This document shows, in pieces, positions 9,791 to 19,531 of a stretch of DNA of 64,000 bases. The position numbers and the translations under genes were made by a program. Each line of letters begins with the position of its first letter. The stretch's first letter is position 1. The stretch is taken from the NCBI GenBank assembly GCA_963665095.1, contig OY762069.1, positions 6,688,001 through 6,752,000 of the forward strand, written 5' to 3'. Below the pieces are notes generated by a model, which was not told the DNA's origin, made no database searches, and saw only the letters and a program-made list of their open reading frames with translations. The stretch is from an uncultured Desulfobacter sp. GTDB taxonomy: Bacteria; Desulfobacterota; Desulfobacteria; Desulfobacterales; Desulfobacteraceae.

Positions 9791-11032
9791 TTAAAGATTC
9801 CCTTTTTTCAGATTCTTATACCCTTGGAGCTGGATCTTTTTTTCAACGCATTTTTTTTGGATAATGTCAGCAGCAGCCAGGTTCAACGTTTTCTGATACG
9901 CATCGATTTTAACGTTAAATCCGCAGTTAAAGGGACCTAACCGGATACTGTTTTCCTCCCCCCGGTATTCCTCATGAATCACGGTAAAGGGTGAGGCAAA
10001 CAGCCACCTGAGCTGGATGGTGGTCACAGCGTTTTCTTCAAGGCAGCTCATGAAATGTTCCAGGTCATAAAGATCCTGCTCCACCAGATTATTCCAGCCA
10101 AGGATCATGTTGGCATTTACCTTGAATCCGCTTTGCCGGCACAGCTCCAGGGTCTGGAGAACTTCATTCATGTGGGTACCCTTGTCCAGGTAGTTCCACA
10201 TGCGCTCGGAGGGAAACTCAATGCCGAATCCTATGGTGGAGGCAGGGACGTCACCTCCCAGATCTTTAACAACCTGTCTCAGTGCCTTGGTTTCCGCCCT
10301 TCCTGCCCGCATGAAATACCGGTATTCAAGGTCGTTTCGGCGCGGCAGATTCGGCAGAATCTCGCGGATCATCAACGGCGTGATGGAACCGGTATTGAGC
10401 CTGACGATTTTATGGCCTTCAAAAGCCAGGTCCTTGAATGCCATGTCGAAGTTTTTTCGTCTTCTGGTATGCTCGGGCGCATGCTGGGCAATGGTGCAGA
10501 AAGGGCATTTTGACCAGTAACACCGGTTGTCGATGGTGTATGAAAAATAGACCCGGTTCTCTTTTGATACTGCATCGGGAAGTTCGAGCTGCCATGGTGC
10601 ATAAAAATCAGGCATGCCAAGCATGGATTCCATGCTGCGGCCTGTGAGCGTCAGGTTGTCCGGCAGCTTTTTTTCCACCTTGAAATGCACAGGGTGCCAC
10701 TCTCCTTCCCGGGCAAGGCGTTCCGCGGCCACAGGGCCGCCTACAATAAACTTGATTTCAGGGTAGTTGAGTGCCCAGGTGTAGGCCTGGTACAAATGGT
10801 TGATGTAGCTTGCGCTGATATAGGCGCATCCCCTGGTCATGGGCAGTTCAATGCCCTGGTATGCTTCTGGTGTGTACCAGAGGGTGGAATCCTGAAGATG
10901 AGGGAGCCATAGAAAATCACCGCGCTGCCGGCACAGCTCCCAGGCGTCGGAGAATCCGTTACACAGGTCAAACCAGCCCGAGCGGGTTTCTCCGTAAAAT
11001 TGTATAAATATCGTTTCGTTCAATGTCCACAC
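9791..11032 (-). CDS. Radical SAM protein (B12-binding/radical SAM-like, degenerate N-domain)
   Basis: CYWSKCPFC (Cx4Cx2C), IKFIVGGP, GFGIEFPSER, NMILG. Confidence 0.7.
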   Translation of the reverse strand: MWTLNETIFIQFYGETRSGWFDLCNGFSDAWELCRQRGDFLWLPHLQDSTLWYTPEAYQGIELPMTRGCAYISASYINHLYQAYTWALNYPEIKFIVGGPVAAERLAREGEWHPVHFKVEKKLPDNLTLTGRSMESMLGMPDFYAPWQLELPDAVSKENRVYFSYTIDNRCYWSKCPFCTIAQHAPEHTRRRKNFDMAFKDLAFEGHKIVRLNTGSITPLMIREILPNLPRRNDLEYRYFMRAGRAETKALRQVVKDLGGDVPASTIGFGIEFPSERMWNYLDKGTHMNEVLQTLELCRQSGFKVNANMILGWNNLVEQDLYDLEHFMSCLEENAVTTIQLRWLFASPFTVIHEEYRGEENSIRLGPFNCGFNVKIDAYQKTLNLAAADIIQKKCVEKKIQLQGYKNLKKGNL

Positions 11033-11427
11033 CCAATATATTCAAATTTTATGTTTTGGCCATCATACACCAGGGAGGCCTGTCTGTCCTGGATTTTTGA
11101 ACAATTGAGGGCACCGTTTAAAAGTGGTAGCTGAAATATTTGTGAATAACAGCCATGGGCTGACCTGACATATCAACTGCCAGGCGTAAACCCAGAATAA
11201 AATTTGCCAGTATCTCAACAACTTATTGAAACTCTCATATAAAACCAGGGCAAACAACAGGTTCAGATGTTGCTGAAAATTCATTCAAATATTTAATTTT
11301 ACTCTGACCCCAATTATTCAGTGTTTGACAACAAAGGGATCATGGCATAAAAATTATAAATTCTGATTAATCCTGTCTGAGTCCTTAAGAAAGCAGACCC
11401 TTAACACTTTGGCTGAATGGAGAGCAG

Positions 11428-12438
11428 ATGAAGATCGGATTTTTGATGGACGATATAAGGCAGATTGACCCACAGTGGGAGACCACGGCCTATCTTATGC
11501 AGGAATGCAATCAAAGGGGGCATACGGTCTATTTTCTTCAACCCCATGATCTTTACATCCGAAAAAATAATGTCGTTGCCCGGATGCGGGACATCACCGT
11601 TGATCCCGGGTTAAATCTGGGGGACTACTGGGACGCTTTAGTGGCATGCCTGGACCGGGAAGAGCTGATATTTGATACCGTAAGTGATCTGGAAGTCCTG
11701 TTTTTGCGTAAAGATCCGCCTTTGAATTATGAAACCATGAACTTTCTTGGTTCCATTGGCGATAAGGTGTTCATCATCAACAGTCTTTACGGTGTACTGA
11801 ACTGCAGCGCCAAAACCTATATCTTAAATTTTCCTGATATCATTCCCGAAACCCATGTGTCCCGTGATCCCGGCCGGTTAAAACGGATCATTGATAATTT
11901 TGGCGGAGATATGGTGATGAAACCCCTGCATGGCCACGGCGGCCATGGGGTGATCAAGGTAAGCAACCGGGACCAGGAAAATTTAAATTCCCTGCTCCAT
12001 TTTTATATCCAGTCACGCCTGCCTTATCCGGAAAGAATTCCTGTCATGGTGCAGGAATATCTTAAATCTGTCAGGGAGGACGGAGATGTAAGAATCATGC
12101 TGCTCAACGGGGAAATTATCGGGGCCATGGGGCGGAAATCTGTTTCCGGGGATTTCAGGACCAATGTCCATGCCGGTGCTGAAACGTTCAGGCATGAGGT
12201 GACACCCGCTCAAAAAATGATTTGTGAACGGATCAGAGATCGTCTGGTTCGGGATGGCCTCTATTTCGTGGGGATTGATGTCATAAAGGATAAACTGGTT
12301 GAAATTAACCCTGTAAGTCCGGGAGGAATTGCCAGAATAAACCTGCTTGACAATGTCAGGCTGGAATCAAAGGTCGTTGATTTTATTGAGGAGAAGATTT
12401 GTGCAATTAAGAATTCAAAGCAGAGGCAGGCAGGTTAA
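11428..12438 (+). CDS. gshB: Glutathione synthetase-like ATP-grasp ligase
   Basis: MKIGFLMD, FLRKDPP, MKPLHGHGGHGV, MVQEYL, GDVRI, FRTNVHAG, FVGIDVI, EINPVSPGG. Confidence 0.8.
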   Translation: MKIGFLMDDIRQIDPQWETTAYLMQECNQRGHTVYFLQPHDLYIRKNNVVARMRDITVDPGLNLGDYWDALVACLDREELIFDTVSDLEVLFLRKDPPLNYETMNFLGSIGDKVFIINSLYGVLNCSAKTYILNFPDIIPETHVSRDPGRLKRIIDNFGGDMVMKPLHGHGGHGVIKVSNRDQENLNSLLHFYIQSRLPYPERIPVMVQEYLKSVREDGDVRIMLLNGEIIGAMGRKSVSGDFRTNVHAGAETFRHEVTPAQKMICERIRDRLVRDGLYFVGIDVIKDKLVEINPVSPGGIARINLLDNVRLESKVVDFIEEKICAIKNSKQRQAG

Positions 12439-14161
12439 ATATTTTTTCGGATGGTCTTTTGCACGGGTGATGATGGCTGGCCTTATGGCTGTCCTCGGCA
12501 CGGTTCTATTTTTTTCCTGCCAGAAGCCGGCAGAAAAACAGTTCTTACGCATTGGTCTGCCCGAAGAGCCAAGATCCCTGAATCTGTGGCTTGGTACTGA
12601 TGGCAACTCCCGCAAAATTATTTCCCAGATTTATCAACCCCTTTTCATCCGGCATCCGGACACCCTGGAGATAATTCCCTGGCTGGCGGCAGATGCTCCT
12701 GTATTTGATGATGATAATCTGACCTGTACCGTGCATCTTCGTGATGCCAAATGGTCGGACGGATCAGATTTCACAAGTGACGATGTGGCATTTACGCGCC
12801 AGCTCTTTTTTGATTTTAAAATTCCGCGGTATTATTCCAACTGGAAGATTGTAAAAAAAGTGGATACCCCGGATGCCCATACGGTTGTATTTCACCTTTC
12901 AAAGCCGTCTGCCATTTTTATGTCCCGGGTGATGACCGCCCCCGTTGTGGCAAGAAAGGAGTGGGAACCTGTGGCCACGGAAGCACTGACAAAGGAAAAA
13001 CCCCTGCGGTTTCTCCAGGATCATGTCATTGAAAAGCCACTGGGAACAGGTCCTTTCATGCTTATGGAATATAAGAAAGACGCCTTTATTCACATGGAGA
13101 AAAACCCCTATTTTTTTGGTACCGGCCTGACCATCGGGGGGCGGCTTCTCGGACCCTATGTGGACAGTCTGCTGTTTAACTTTTACGGGACAGCGGATGT
13201 GGCGGTGCTGGCCCTTAAAAAGGGGGATATTGATTTTTACTGGTGGGATATTCAGCCCGGGTACATTGAGGATCTTAAAAAGCAGAGCAATGTGGATCTT
13301 TACTTTAACAAAAAAAGTGCCCTGTATTACCTTGGGTTTAATCTGCGGCGCCCGCCGTTTAACGACAAGGCACTTCGTTTGGCAGTGGCGGAAATGATTG
13401 ACAAAGAGTTCATCCTGACAAGGATTTTACAAAGCTTTGGCACCCCCATGCACTCCATTGTCCCTTCCGGCAATCATTTCTGGTATAATCCGGATGTGGA
13501 TAAACACGGATTTGGTCTGCCCAAAGAAGAGCGGACTACCCGAGCGGTAAAAATTTTGTCCGATGCCGGCTACTCCTGGCAGACCCCGCCGGTGGATGCT
13601 GCAGGAAACATAGTCAAACCATCACAAATTCTGCTGCCTGACGGCAACCCCATGGAGAAGTTTGTCATTCTGACCCCGCCGGCAGATTATGACCCCAAAC
13701 GGGCTTTTACCGGCACCATGATCCAGGAGTGGCTCAGAGAGCTGGGACTTCCTGCCTTTGCAAGGCCCATGGCATTTAATGCCCTGCTGGATACAGTGAA
13801 AGAGAATCACGATTTTGATGCCTTTGTGCTGGGCTATGGCAAGCTGAACCTGGATCCGGACTATCTTCGCTCCTTTTTCCATTCAGAGAATGACAAACCC
13901 AGGGGCTGGAACATGAGCGGCTACAGCAACCCTGAATATGATAAATTAGCCAATCTTCAGCAGGGCATCGTGGATACGGGTGCACGCAAGGAAATAATCT
14001 ATAACATGCAGAAGATCATTCTGGAGGATGTTCCCTACCTGCCTCTGTATAATCCCCATATTATTGAAGCGACCCTTAATACCCGGTTTTCAGGGTGGGT
14101 TGCCAGGGTGGACGGGATTGGCAATATCTGGTCTATCTGCACAGTAAAACCCGTAAAATAG
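12401..14161 (+). CDS. Peptide/nickel ABC transporter substrate-binding lipoprotein (family 5)
   Basis: Lipobox LFFSC; HLRDAKWSDGSDFTSDDV; PLGTGPF. GTG at 12401 after GAGGAG, overlapping the gshB 3' end. Start inferred. Confidence 0.85.
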   Translation: MQLRIQSRGRQVKYFFGWSFARVMMAGLMAVLGTVLFFSCQKPAEKQFLRIGLPEEPRSLNLWLGTDGNSRKIISQIYQPLFIRHPDTLEIIPWLAADAPVFDDDNLTCTVHLRDAKWSDGSDFTSDDVAFTRQLFFDFKIPRYYSNWKIVKKVDTPDAHTVVFHLSKPSAIFMSRVMTAPVVARKEWEPVATEALTKEKPLRFLQDHVIEKPLGTGPFMLMEYKKDAFIHMEKNPYFFGTGLTIGGRLLGPYVDSLLFNFYGTADVAVLALKKGDIDFYWWDIQPGYIEDLKKQSNVDLYFNKKSALYYLGFNLRRPPFNDKALRLAVAEMIDKEFILTRILQSFGTPMHSIVPSGNHFWYNPDVDKHGFGLPKEERTTRAVKILSDAGYSWQTPPVDAAGNIVKPSQILLPDGNPMEKFVILTPPADYDPKRAFTGTMIQEWLRELGLPAFARPMAFNALLDTVKENHDFDAFVLGYGKLNLDPDYLRSFFHSENDKPRGWNMSGYSNPEYDKLANLQQGIVDTGARKEIIYNMQKIILEDVPYLPLYNPHIIEATLNTRFSGWVARVDGIGNIWSICTVKPVK

Positions 14162-14168
14162 TGTCTGA

Positions 14169-15143
14169 ATGAGACTTGGGTATGTTTTCATAAAGCTGGT
14201 TGAAATTACGTTTATTTTTTTTGTGATTCTCACCGCGTTGTTTTTTTTGTTCCGGCTAAGTCCCGGTGACCCGATATCACGGGCTGTGGACCCGACCCTT
14301 ACGGCCGAGGATATGCGGTTAATGATATCTGAGATGGGCCTGGACAGGTCGTTGTGGGAGCAGTACCTGATCTATCTTAAGCAGTTTTTTGCAGGAAATT
14401 TCGGTGTCTCCTTTCATTATGGTGAGCCCGTGGCCCGGATTATCCGGGACCGCCTGGGCTGGACCATTCTTTTGTTTACCTCCTCCACCATTCTTGCGGC
14501 CTTTGCAGGGGTGTTTTTAGGCAAGGTGGCGGCATGGAACAAGGGTCGCTTTCTGGATAACCTCATGTCCATATCGGCACTGGTCTGTTACACCCTGTTT
14601 ATCCCCTGGTTTGCATTGCTTTTGCTCTGGCTGCTGGGATTTAAACTGGCAATTTTTCCTTTAGGCGGGGTCCTGACGCCTCAGTTATGGATTGGCGAAC
14701 CCGGCTTAAATCTGGTCAGAATCTTTGATATCCTGCACCATATGATGCTGCCGCTGATCACGCTTTTTATCATCAATCTGGGTTCATACCTTCTGCTCAT
14801 GCGATCCTCAATGCTAACGGTCCTTAAGGAGGATTATATCATCACCGCCCGGGCCAAGGGATTGAAAGAAAAGGTGATCCGGGACAAGCATGCGGCAAAG
14901 AATGCCGCACTTCCGGTAATTACCAGTGTGGGGCTAAGCCTTGCCTTTTCCATTAATGGGGGCGCTTTGACCGAACAGATTTTTACCTGGCCGGGCATTG
15001 GCCGGGAATTGATATTTGCCGTCAGCAACAATGACTACCCCCTGGCCCAGGCCTGTTTTCTGCTCATTGCCCTGGTGGTACTGGTGGCCAACCTGATTGT
15101 GGATCTGCTCTATGCCTGGCTGGATCCCCGGATTGCGTATTAG
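14169..15143 (+). CDS. Peptide ABC transporter permease (OppB/DppB-like)
   Basis: PGDP, EDYIITARAKGL (EAA loop), FTWPGIG, LYAWLDPRI. Confidence 0.9.
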   Translation: MRLGYVFIKLVEITFIFFVILTALFFLFRLSPGDPISRAVDPTLTAEDMRLMISEMGLDRSLWEQYLIYLKQFFAGNFGVSFHYGEPVARIIRDRLGWTILLFTSSTILAAFAGVFLGKVAAWNKGRFLDNLMSISALVCYTLFIPWFALLLLWLLGFKLAIFPLGGVLTPQLWIGEPGLNLVRIFDILHHMMLPLITLFIINLGSYLLLMRSSMLTVLKEDYIITARAKGLKEKVIRDKHAAKNAALPVITSVGLSLAFSINGGALTEQIFTWPGIGRELIFAVSNNDYPLAQACFLLIALVVLVANLIVDLLYAWLDPRIAY

Positions 15144-15163
15144 AAAGGGGGGACGCAAAGATC

Positions 15164-16063
15164 ATGATAAACAATCAGTACATCAACCGGTTTATGGCAG
15201 GCTGGCGGATTTTTGTCCGGAACCGGGTGGGAAGGGCGGGACTAATTATTCTGGCCGTGTTCATGTTTATGGCCCTGGCGTCGTTTTTTCTGCCCCTGTG
15301 CGGCCCCATGTATGACCCCATGACAGGCATTGATCCGGATATTAAGGTTGCCACGCCCCCCAGTCTCACCCATTTCCTGGGCACGGACAATGTGGGGCGG
15401 GACATCTTTGCCCAGCTTCTGGAGGGCGCCAAGGTGGCCTTTATCGTGGGATTGTCCGCCGCCTTTTTTTCCATCGTCCTTGGCACAGTGGTCGGTATGG
15501 TGGCAGGATATGCCGGCGGCTGGCTGGATGCGGTGCTCATGCGTCTGGCAGACATTATCATGGTGATGCCCTCCCTGGTGATTCTGCTTATCCTGGCTTC
15601 CCTTTTTGGTCAGTTCAATATCTGGCTGATTGTATTAATTATTGCCATTTTGCGCTGGCCTGCAGTCTCCCGGGTGATCCGCTCCCAGACCCTGTCACTG
15701 AAACAGCGTCCCTTTATTGAGGCCTCCCGGGTGGCAGGTGCCTCTCATTTGCGCATTATTTTCCGGCACATCATGCCCAATGTACTGCCGCTGGCATTTT
15801 TATACATGACCTTCCGGGTGACTGCAGCCATTCTGGTGGAGGCCGCGCTGTCATTTTTAGGATTTGGCGATCCCTCCCAGGTGAGCTGGGGCATGATGCT
15901 GCAGTGGGTATGGAAATCCGGCCATATGTTTCAGGCCCCTTACTGGCTTCTGCCGCCAGGCTTAAGCATTTCGCTTCTGACCCTGGGATTTTACCTGATC
16001 GGCCGGGCCATGGATGAGGTGCTGGATCCCCGGCTGAGGCGGGAGGGCCAATACTCGTCATGA
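15164..16063 (+). CDS. Peptide ABC transporter permease (OppC/DppC-like)
   Basis: HFLGTDNVGRD, FIEASRVAGAS, RHIMPN, LSFLGFG, SWGMML. Confidence 0.9.
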   Translation: MINNQYINRFMAGWRIFVRNRVGRAGLIILAVFMFMALASFFLPLCGPMYDPMTGIDPDIKVATPPSLTHFLGTDNVGRDIFAQLLEGAKVAFIVGLSAAFFSIVLGTVVGMVAGYAGGWLDAVLMRLADIIMVMPSLVILLILASLFGQFNIWLIVLIIAILRWPAVSRVIRSQTLSLKQRPFIEASRVAGASHLRIIFRHIMPNVLPLAFLYMTFRVTAAILVEAALSFLGFGDPSQVSWGMMLQWVWKSGHMFQAPYWLLPPGLSISLLTLGFYLIGRAMDEVLDPRLRREGQYSS

Positions 16064-17034
16064 GCCTTTTATCCGTAAACAATTTAAGCGTGGGGTATGA
16101 GACCCGGTATGGCATGGTCACAGCCGTGGACAATATCAGCTTCCATGTGGATAAAGGCCGCCCCCTGGGCCTTGTGGGAGAGTCCGGGTGTGGGAAAACC
16201 ACCATTGGCATGGCGCTTATGGGGCTTTTACCGGATAATGGAAAGATCCTGTCCGGAACCATGAATTTTCTGGGGAAAGATCTGGCCACCTTTAGTGAAG
16301 AACAGTGGAGAAAGGTTCGGGGTAAAGAGATGGCCATGATTTTCCAGGCCGCCATGAATGCGCTGAACCCGGTTTACCGGGTGGACGATCAGGTCAGGGA
16401 GGCCATTGTCTGCCATCATCCCAAGCTCACCCATGCTGAACTTGAGGCCCGTCTCAAAGAACTCTTTGACCTTGTGGAGATCCCCATGGACCGGATTCAT
16501 GACTACCCCCATGAATATTCCGGCGGCATGAAGCAGCGGGTGGTGATTGCCATGGCACTTGCCTGCTCCCCGACGCTGGTGATTGCCGATGAACCCACCA
16601 CTGCCCTGGATGTCATTGTCCAGGACCAGATCCTTGAAGGCCTTCGGCATATTCAGGCAAGAACCCACACAGGCCTTATTTTCATCTCCCATGATATTGG
16701 TGTGGTGGCCTCGGTGTGTGATGATGTCTGTGTGATGTACGGCGGTCAGATCGTGGAGAAAGGGGTTGCGGCAAAAGTGTTTTCCAATCCGTGCCACCCT
16801 TACAGTCGCACGCTTTTCAGCGCCTACTTAAGTCTTAATAACATAGACAGTATAAAGGTACCGGCCATGACCGCCACCCAGGATTTTACCATGGAGAGCG
16901 GGCACTGCCGGTTTAAGCCAGGCTGCCCGTGGTGTTCCGGCACATGCCAGGCCGAAGTTCCCCAATGGGTTGACATTTCACCCGGCCATAGTGTTTTCTG
17001 CTGTGATAAAGATCGGATACGGAAGGAAAGATGA
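16060..17034 (+). CDS. Peptide ABC transporter ATP-binding protein (OppD/DppD-like)
   Basis: [31 protein letters not shown]-terminal Cys cluster. Confidence 0.92.
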   Translation: MSLLSVNNLSVGYETRYGMVTAVDNISFHVDKGRPLGLVGESGCGKTTIGMALMGLLPDNGKILSGTMNFLGKDLATFSEEQWRKVRGKEMAMIFQAAMNALNPVYRVDDQVREAIVCHHPKLTHAELEARLKELFDLVEIPMDRIHDYPHEYSGGMKQRVVIAMALACSPTLVIADEPTTALDVIVQDQILEGLRHIQARTHTGLIFISHDIGVVASVCDDVCVMYGGQIVEKGVAAKVFSNPCHPYSRTLFSAYLSLNNIDSIKVPAMTATQDFTMESGHCRFKPGCPWCSGTCQAEVPQWVDISPGHSVFCCDKDRIRKER

Positions 17035-17858
17035 GGTTGAATGACCCCGCACATCTGCCCCTGGTGGAAATAGAAAAAGTGACCAAGGTATACTATCCGG
17101 GAAAAGCCTTTTTCTCCAGGGGCAAAAAGGCCGTTACTGCCCTTGACCAGGTGGATCTGTCCATCTTCCAGGGTGAGATTTTCGGGCTGGTGGGCCAGAG
17201 CGGATCCGGCAAAACAACCCTGGGACGACTTCTGGTCCGGCTTGAGACGGCCACAAAGGGCCATATCCGCATGGACGGCCGGATGGTGAATACTTTGTCC
17301 GGAGAGGACCTTAAACAATTCAGATCAAAGGTTCAGATGATTTTTCAGGATCCATACCAGTCCCTGAACCCCCATCTTTCCATTGCTGAAACCGTTTTGG
17401 AGCCCCTGATTGTCCACAATATCGGCACCCGGGAGAGCCGCCGGGAAAAAGTGATTACCGCCCTTGAAACCACAGGCCTGAAGCCGGGCCGGGATTTCTA
17501 TTCCCGCTATCCCCACCAGTTGTCCGGGGGGCAGCGTCAGCGGGTGGCCATTGCCCGGGCCATTGTTCTGAAACCTAAGTTTGTGGTGGCGGACGAGCCG
17601 ACCTCCATGCTGGATGCCACCATTGCCATTCAGCTGTTTGACCTGCTTAAACAGATCCGGAAACAGTTTGGGATGACCTTTTTATTTATCACCCATAACC
17701 TGGCAGCTGCCAGGTTTTTGTGTGACCGGGTGGCAGTGATCAAGGAGGGACAGATTGTGGAGTTGGATACGGCAGAAAATATTATTGAACACCCACGCCA
17801 CCCTTATACAAAAAAACTGATTGAGGTCCAGCCGTCATTTAATTTCAAATCTGAGTGA
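17031..17858 (+). CDS. Peptide ABC transporter ATP-binding protein (OppF/DppF-like)
   Basis: GQSGSGKT, YPHQLSGGQRQR, VADEPTSMLD. Confidence 0.92.
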   Translation: MRLNDPAHLPLVEIEKVTKVYYPGKAFFSRGKKAVTALDQVDLSIFQGEIFGLVGQSGSGKTTLGRLLVRLETATKGHIRMDGRMVNTLSGEDLKQFRSKVQMIFQDPYQSLNPHLSIAETVLEPLIVHNIGTRESRREKVITALETTGLKPGRDFYSRYPHQLSGGQRQRVAIARAIVLKPKFVVADEPTSMLDATIAIQLFDLLKQIRKQFGMTFLFITHNLAAARFLCDRVAVIKEGQIVELDTAENIIEHPRHPYTKKLIEVQPSFNFKSE

Positions 17859-17875
17859 CTTCAAATCAGAGTGAC
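17844..17875. repeat. 16-bp tandem duplication spanning the oppF stop codon
   Basis: TTCAAATCTGAGTGAC / TTCAAATCAGAGTGAC (1 mismatch). Confidence 0.8.
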
Positions 17876-17899
17876 AGCCGGCTGGAACCCTTATCGTGA

Positions 17900-19438
17900 T
17901 CAGGCCGGATTCAGGTATTTCTTTAAATCTTCGACAACTTTAGGATAGATATCGCTGAACCCAATGTATTTGGCATGGTTGGGATCTTTGAGAATATCAA
18001 GGCCGCCCAGAAGGTTGATGGCGTTTATCTCCCCGGTCATCGCGGAGTTGACAATCTCCCGGGCCGCAGCAGTCCTTTTTTCCGATTTTGACATTTTTTT
18101 AACACGGGCCTTGGCAGAGTCGCCTACTTTCAAAACGGAGATGGTGGCTGCCCCGGCACCTAACACGATGGCTGCCGTACCGCAGGTGAAAATGCATGCG
18201 GCAAGGGCCAGGCCTGCCCCCACTACTGTGGCACCGGCCCTGATGGCACGCCTGCGTGCCCCTTTTCGGTGTACTTTTGCAGCCTCATTCCATGTGCGGA
18301 CATTGTTGTAATCAATCCGGCCTCCCCATTTTTTGGCAAAGTCGGCCCCGCTGATTCTGGGATTCATGGCATCCCGGATCATTTTTTCCTGCTCGTTTTT
18401 GGGTAGATCCAGAATGGTCTGGCCAGCTTTCAGGGCTGTTCCCTGGAACTGCCTTTTCAGGCGCAGATCGCGTTTTCTTCTGGCAATATTTTCAGCCACA
18501 CTAAAGGGTGCCAGAATCAGACCACCCACGGTGGTGACGGTTCCGGCCGTATCCATGGTACTTTGAGCGACCCCCCACAAAAGGTTTGCTGCCTTGAATC
18601 CCACGCTTGCGGCACCATTCAGCGCAGAGAGCACATCGCCCACCAGTGTGCATTTTTCAAAGTAGTCTTTTTTCCGGGTGTGCGGCGGGTAATGATGGAC
18701 CAGGGAGATTTTTTTCAAGGCCCAGTTGTTTTTGGCAAACTCCTCCTTTAGTGCATCAAACTGATCCCGGTTTAATTGTTCCAGCCGTGTCAGCACTGCC
18801 CGGTTATGATCGCTGAGCCGGGAGTTTTTTAACAGTTTAACCAGTGCCTTGCCAAGCCGGGCAAGCACCCTGTAAAAGTTTTGGAGCGCTTCAACTTGAC
18901 GGATTTTTGGAGAGAACAGCAGGGCAAATGCATATTCGTATTCCAGAAGCGCCCCCTCAACGGGCCTGTATTTTTTAAGCTGGCCAAGGGAGCACCTGAA
19001 TTTGAGCATCTCGGTCAGATCCCTTGAAGGCATCAGGGGAATAATTCTGTACCGGAACTCTTTGGCGCGCTGGACCAGAATGCGGTTTCGCTCCAGATAC
19101 CCGCAATGGAGGCATTTTTCTCCCGGTGTATAGGCGTCCGGGTTTTTACATCTGGGACAGCGCAGAAATGCGCTTCGCGGGATCTGAAGCTGGGCATTGC
19201 GGCAGTACTCAATTACCTGGGGGTCTGTTTCAACATACCGGCAGTGCAGGCAAGGTTCCCCCGGGGTGTAAGCATCCGGACTCTTGCATTGGGGACAGCG
19301 GGCCCAGGCCGTGTCGCTTTGCATCTCGTGAACCGCCCGGTTGATGACAAGGCGGTTTTTTTCCTTATATCCGCAGTGAAGGCATTTTTCCCCCGGGAAA
19401 TATCCGTCGGGACTCTTACATCGAGGGCATCTGAACAT
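17900..19438 (-). CDS. Hypothetical protein: three CxxC-x11-CxxC Zn-ribbon repeats plus basic helical region with Gly/Ala-rich hydrophobic segments
   Basis: Repeats at aa 4-22, 48-66 and 94-112 (CPxCKxPDxYxPGExCLHC). Hydrophobic GATVVGAGLALAACIFTCGTAAIVLGAGAATISV. Confidence 0.75.
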   Translation of the reverse strand: MFRCPRCKSPDGYFPGEKCLHCGYKEKNRLVINRAVHEMQSDTAWARCPQCKSPDAYTPGEPCLHCRYVETDPQVIEYCRNAQLQIPRSAFLRCPRCKNPDAYTPGEKCLHCGYLERNRILVQRAKEFRYRIIPLMPSRDLTEMLKFRCSLGQLKKYRPVEGALLEYEYAFALLFSPKIRQVEALQNFYRVLARLGKALVKLLKNSRLSDHNRAVLTRLEQLNRDQFDALKEEFAKNNWALKKISLVHHYPPHTRKKDYFEKCTLVGDVLSALNGAASVGFKAANLLWGVAQSTMDTAGTVTTVGGLILAPFSVAENIARRKRDLRLKRQFQGTALKAGQTILDLPKNEQEKMIRDAMNPRISGADFAKKWGGRIDYNNVRTWNEAAKVHRKGARRRAIRAGATVVGAGLALAACIFTCGTAAIVLGAGAATISVLKVGDSAKARVKKMSKSEKRTAAAREIVNSAMTGEINAINLLGGLDILKDPNHAKYIGFSDIYPKVVEDLKKYLNPA

Positions 19439-19531
19439 AATTAAAAAACGCTATCTCTCTGTTTGCAAAATATCTGGAAATAGAGGATCTGGTTTATTCC
19501 TGATCCCGTCCGGTAACATTCCCATTTTTTA

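Noticed and set aside
15140..15165. GAAAGGGGGGACGCAAAG resembling a c-di-GMP-I riboswitch core
   Set aside because: No upstream GGCAAAC/P2 stem or P3; it lies in a 20-nt gap between permease genes and is explained as an RBS.
19097..19432. Regularly spaced nucleotide repeats as a CRISPR array
   Set aside because: They are degenerate in-frame protein repeats with synonymous variation; no cas genes are present.
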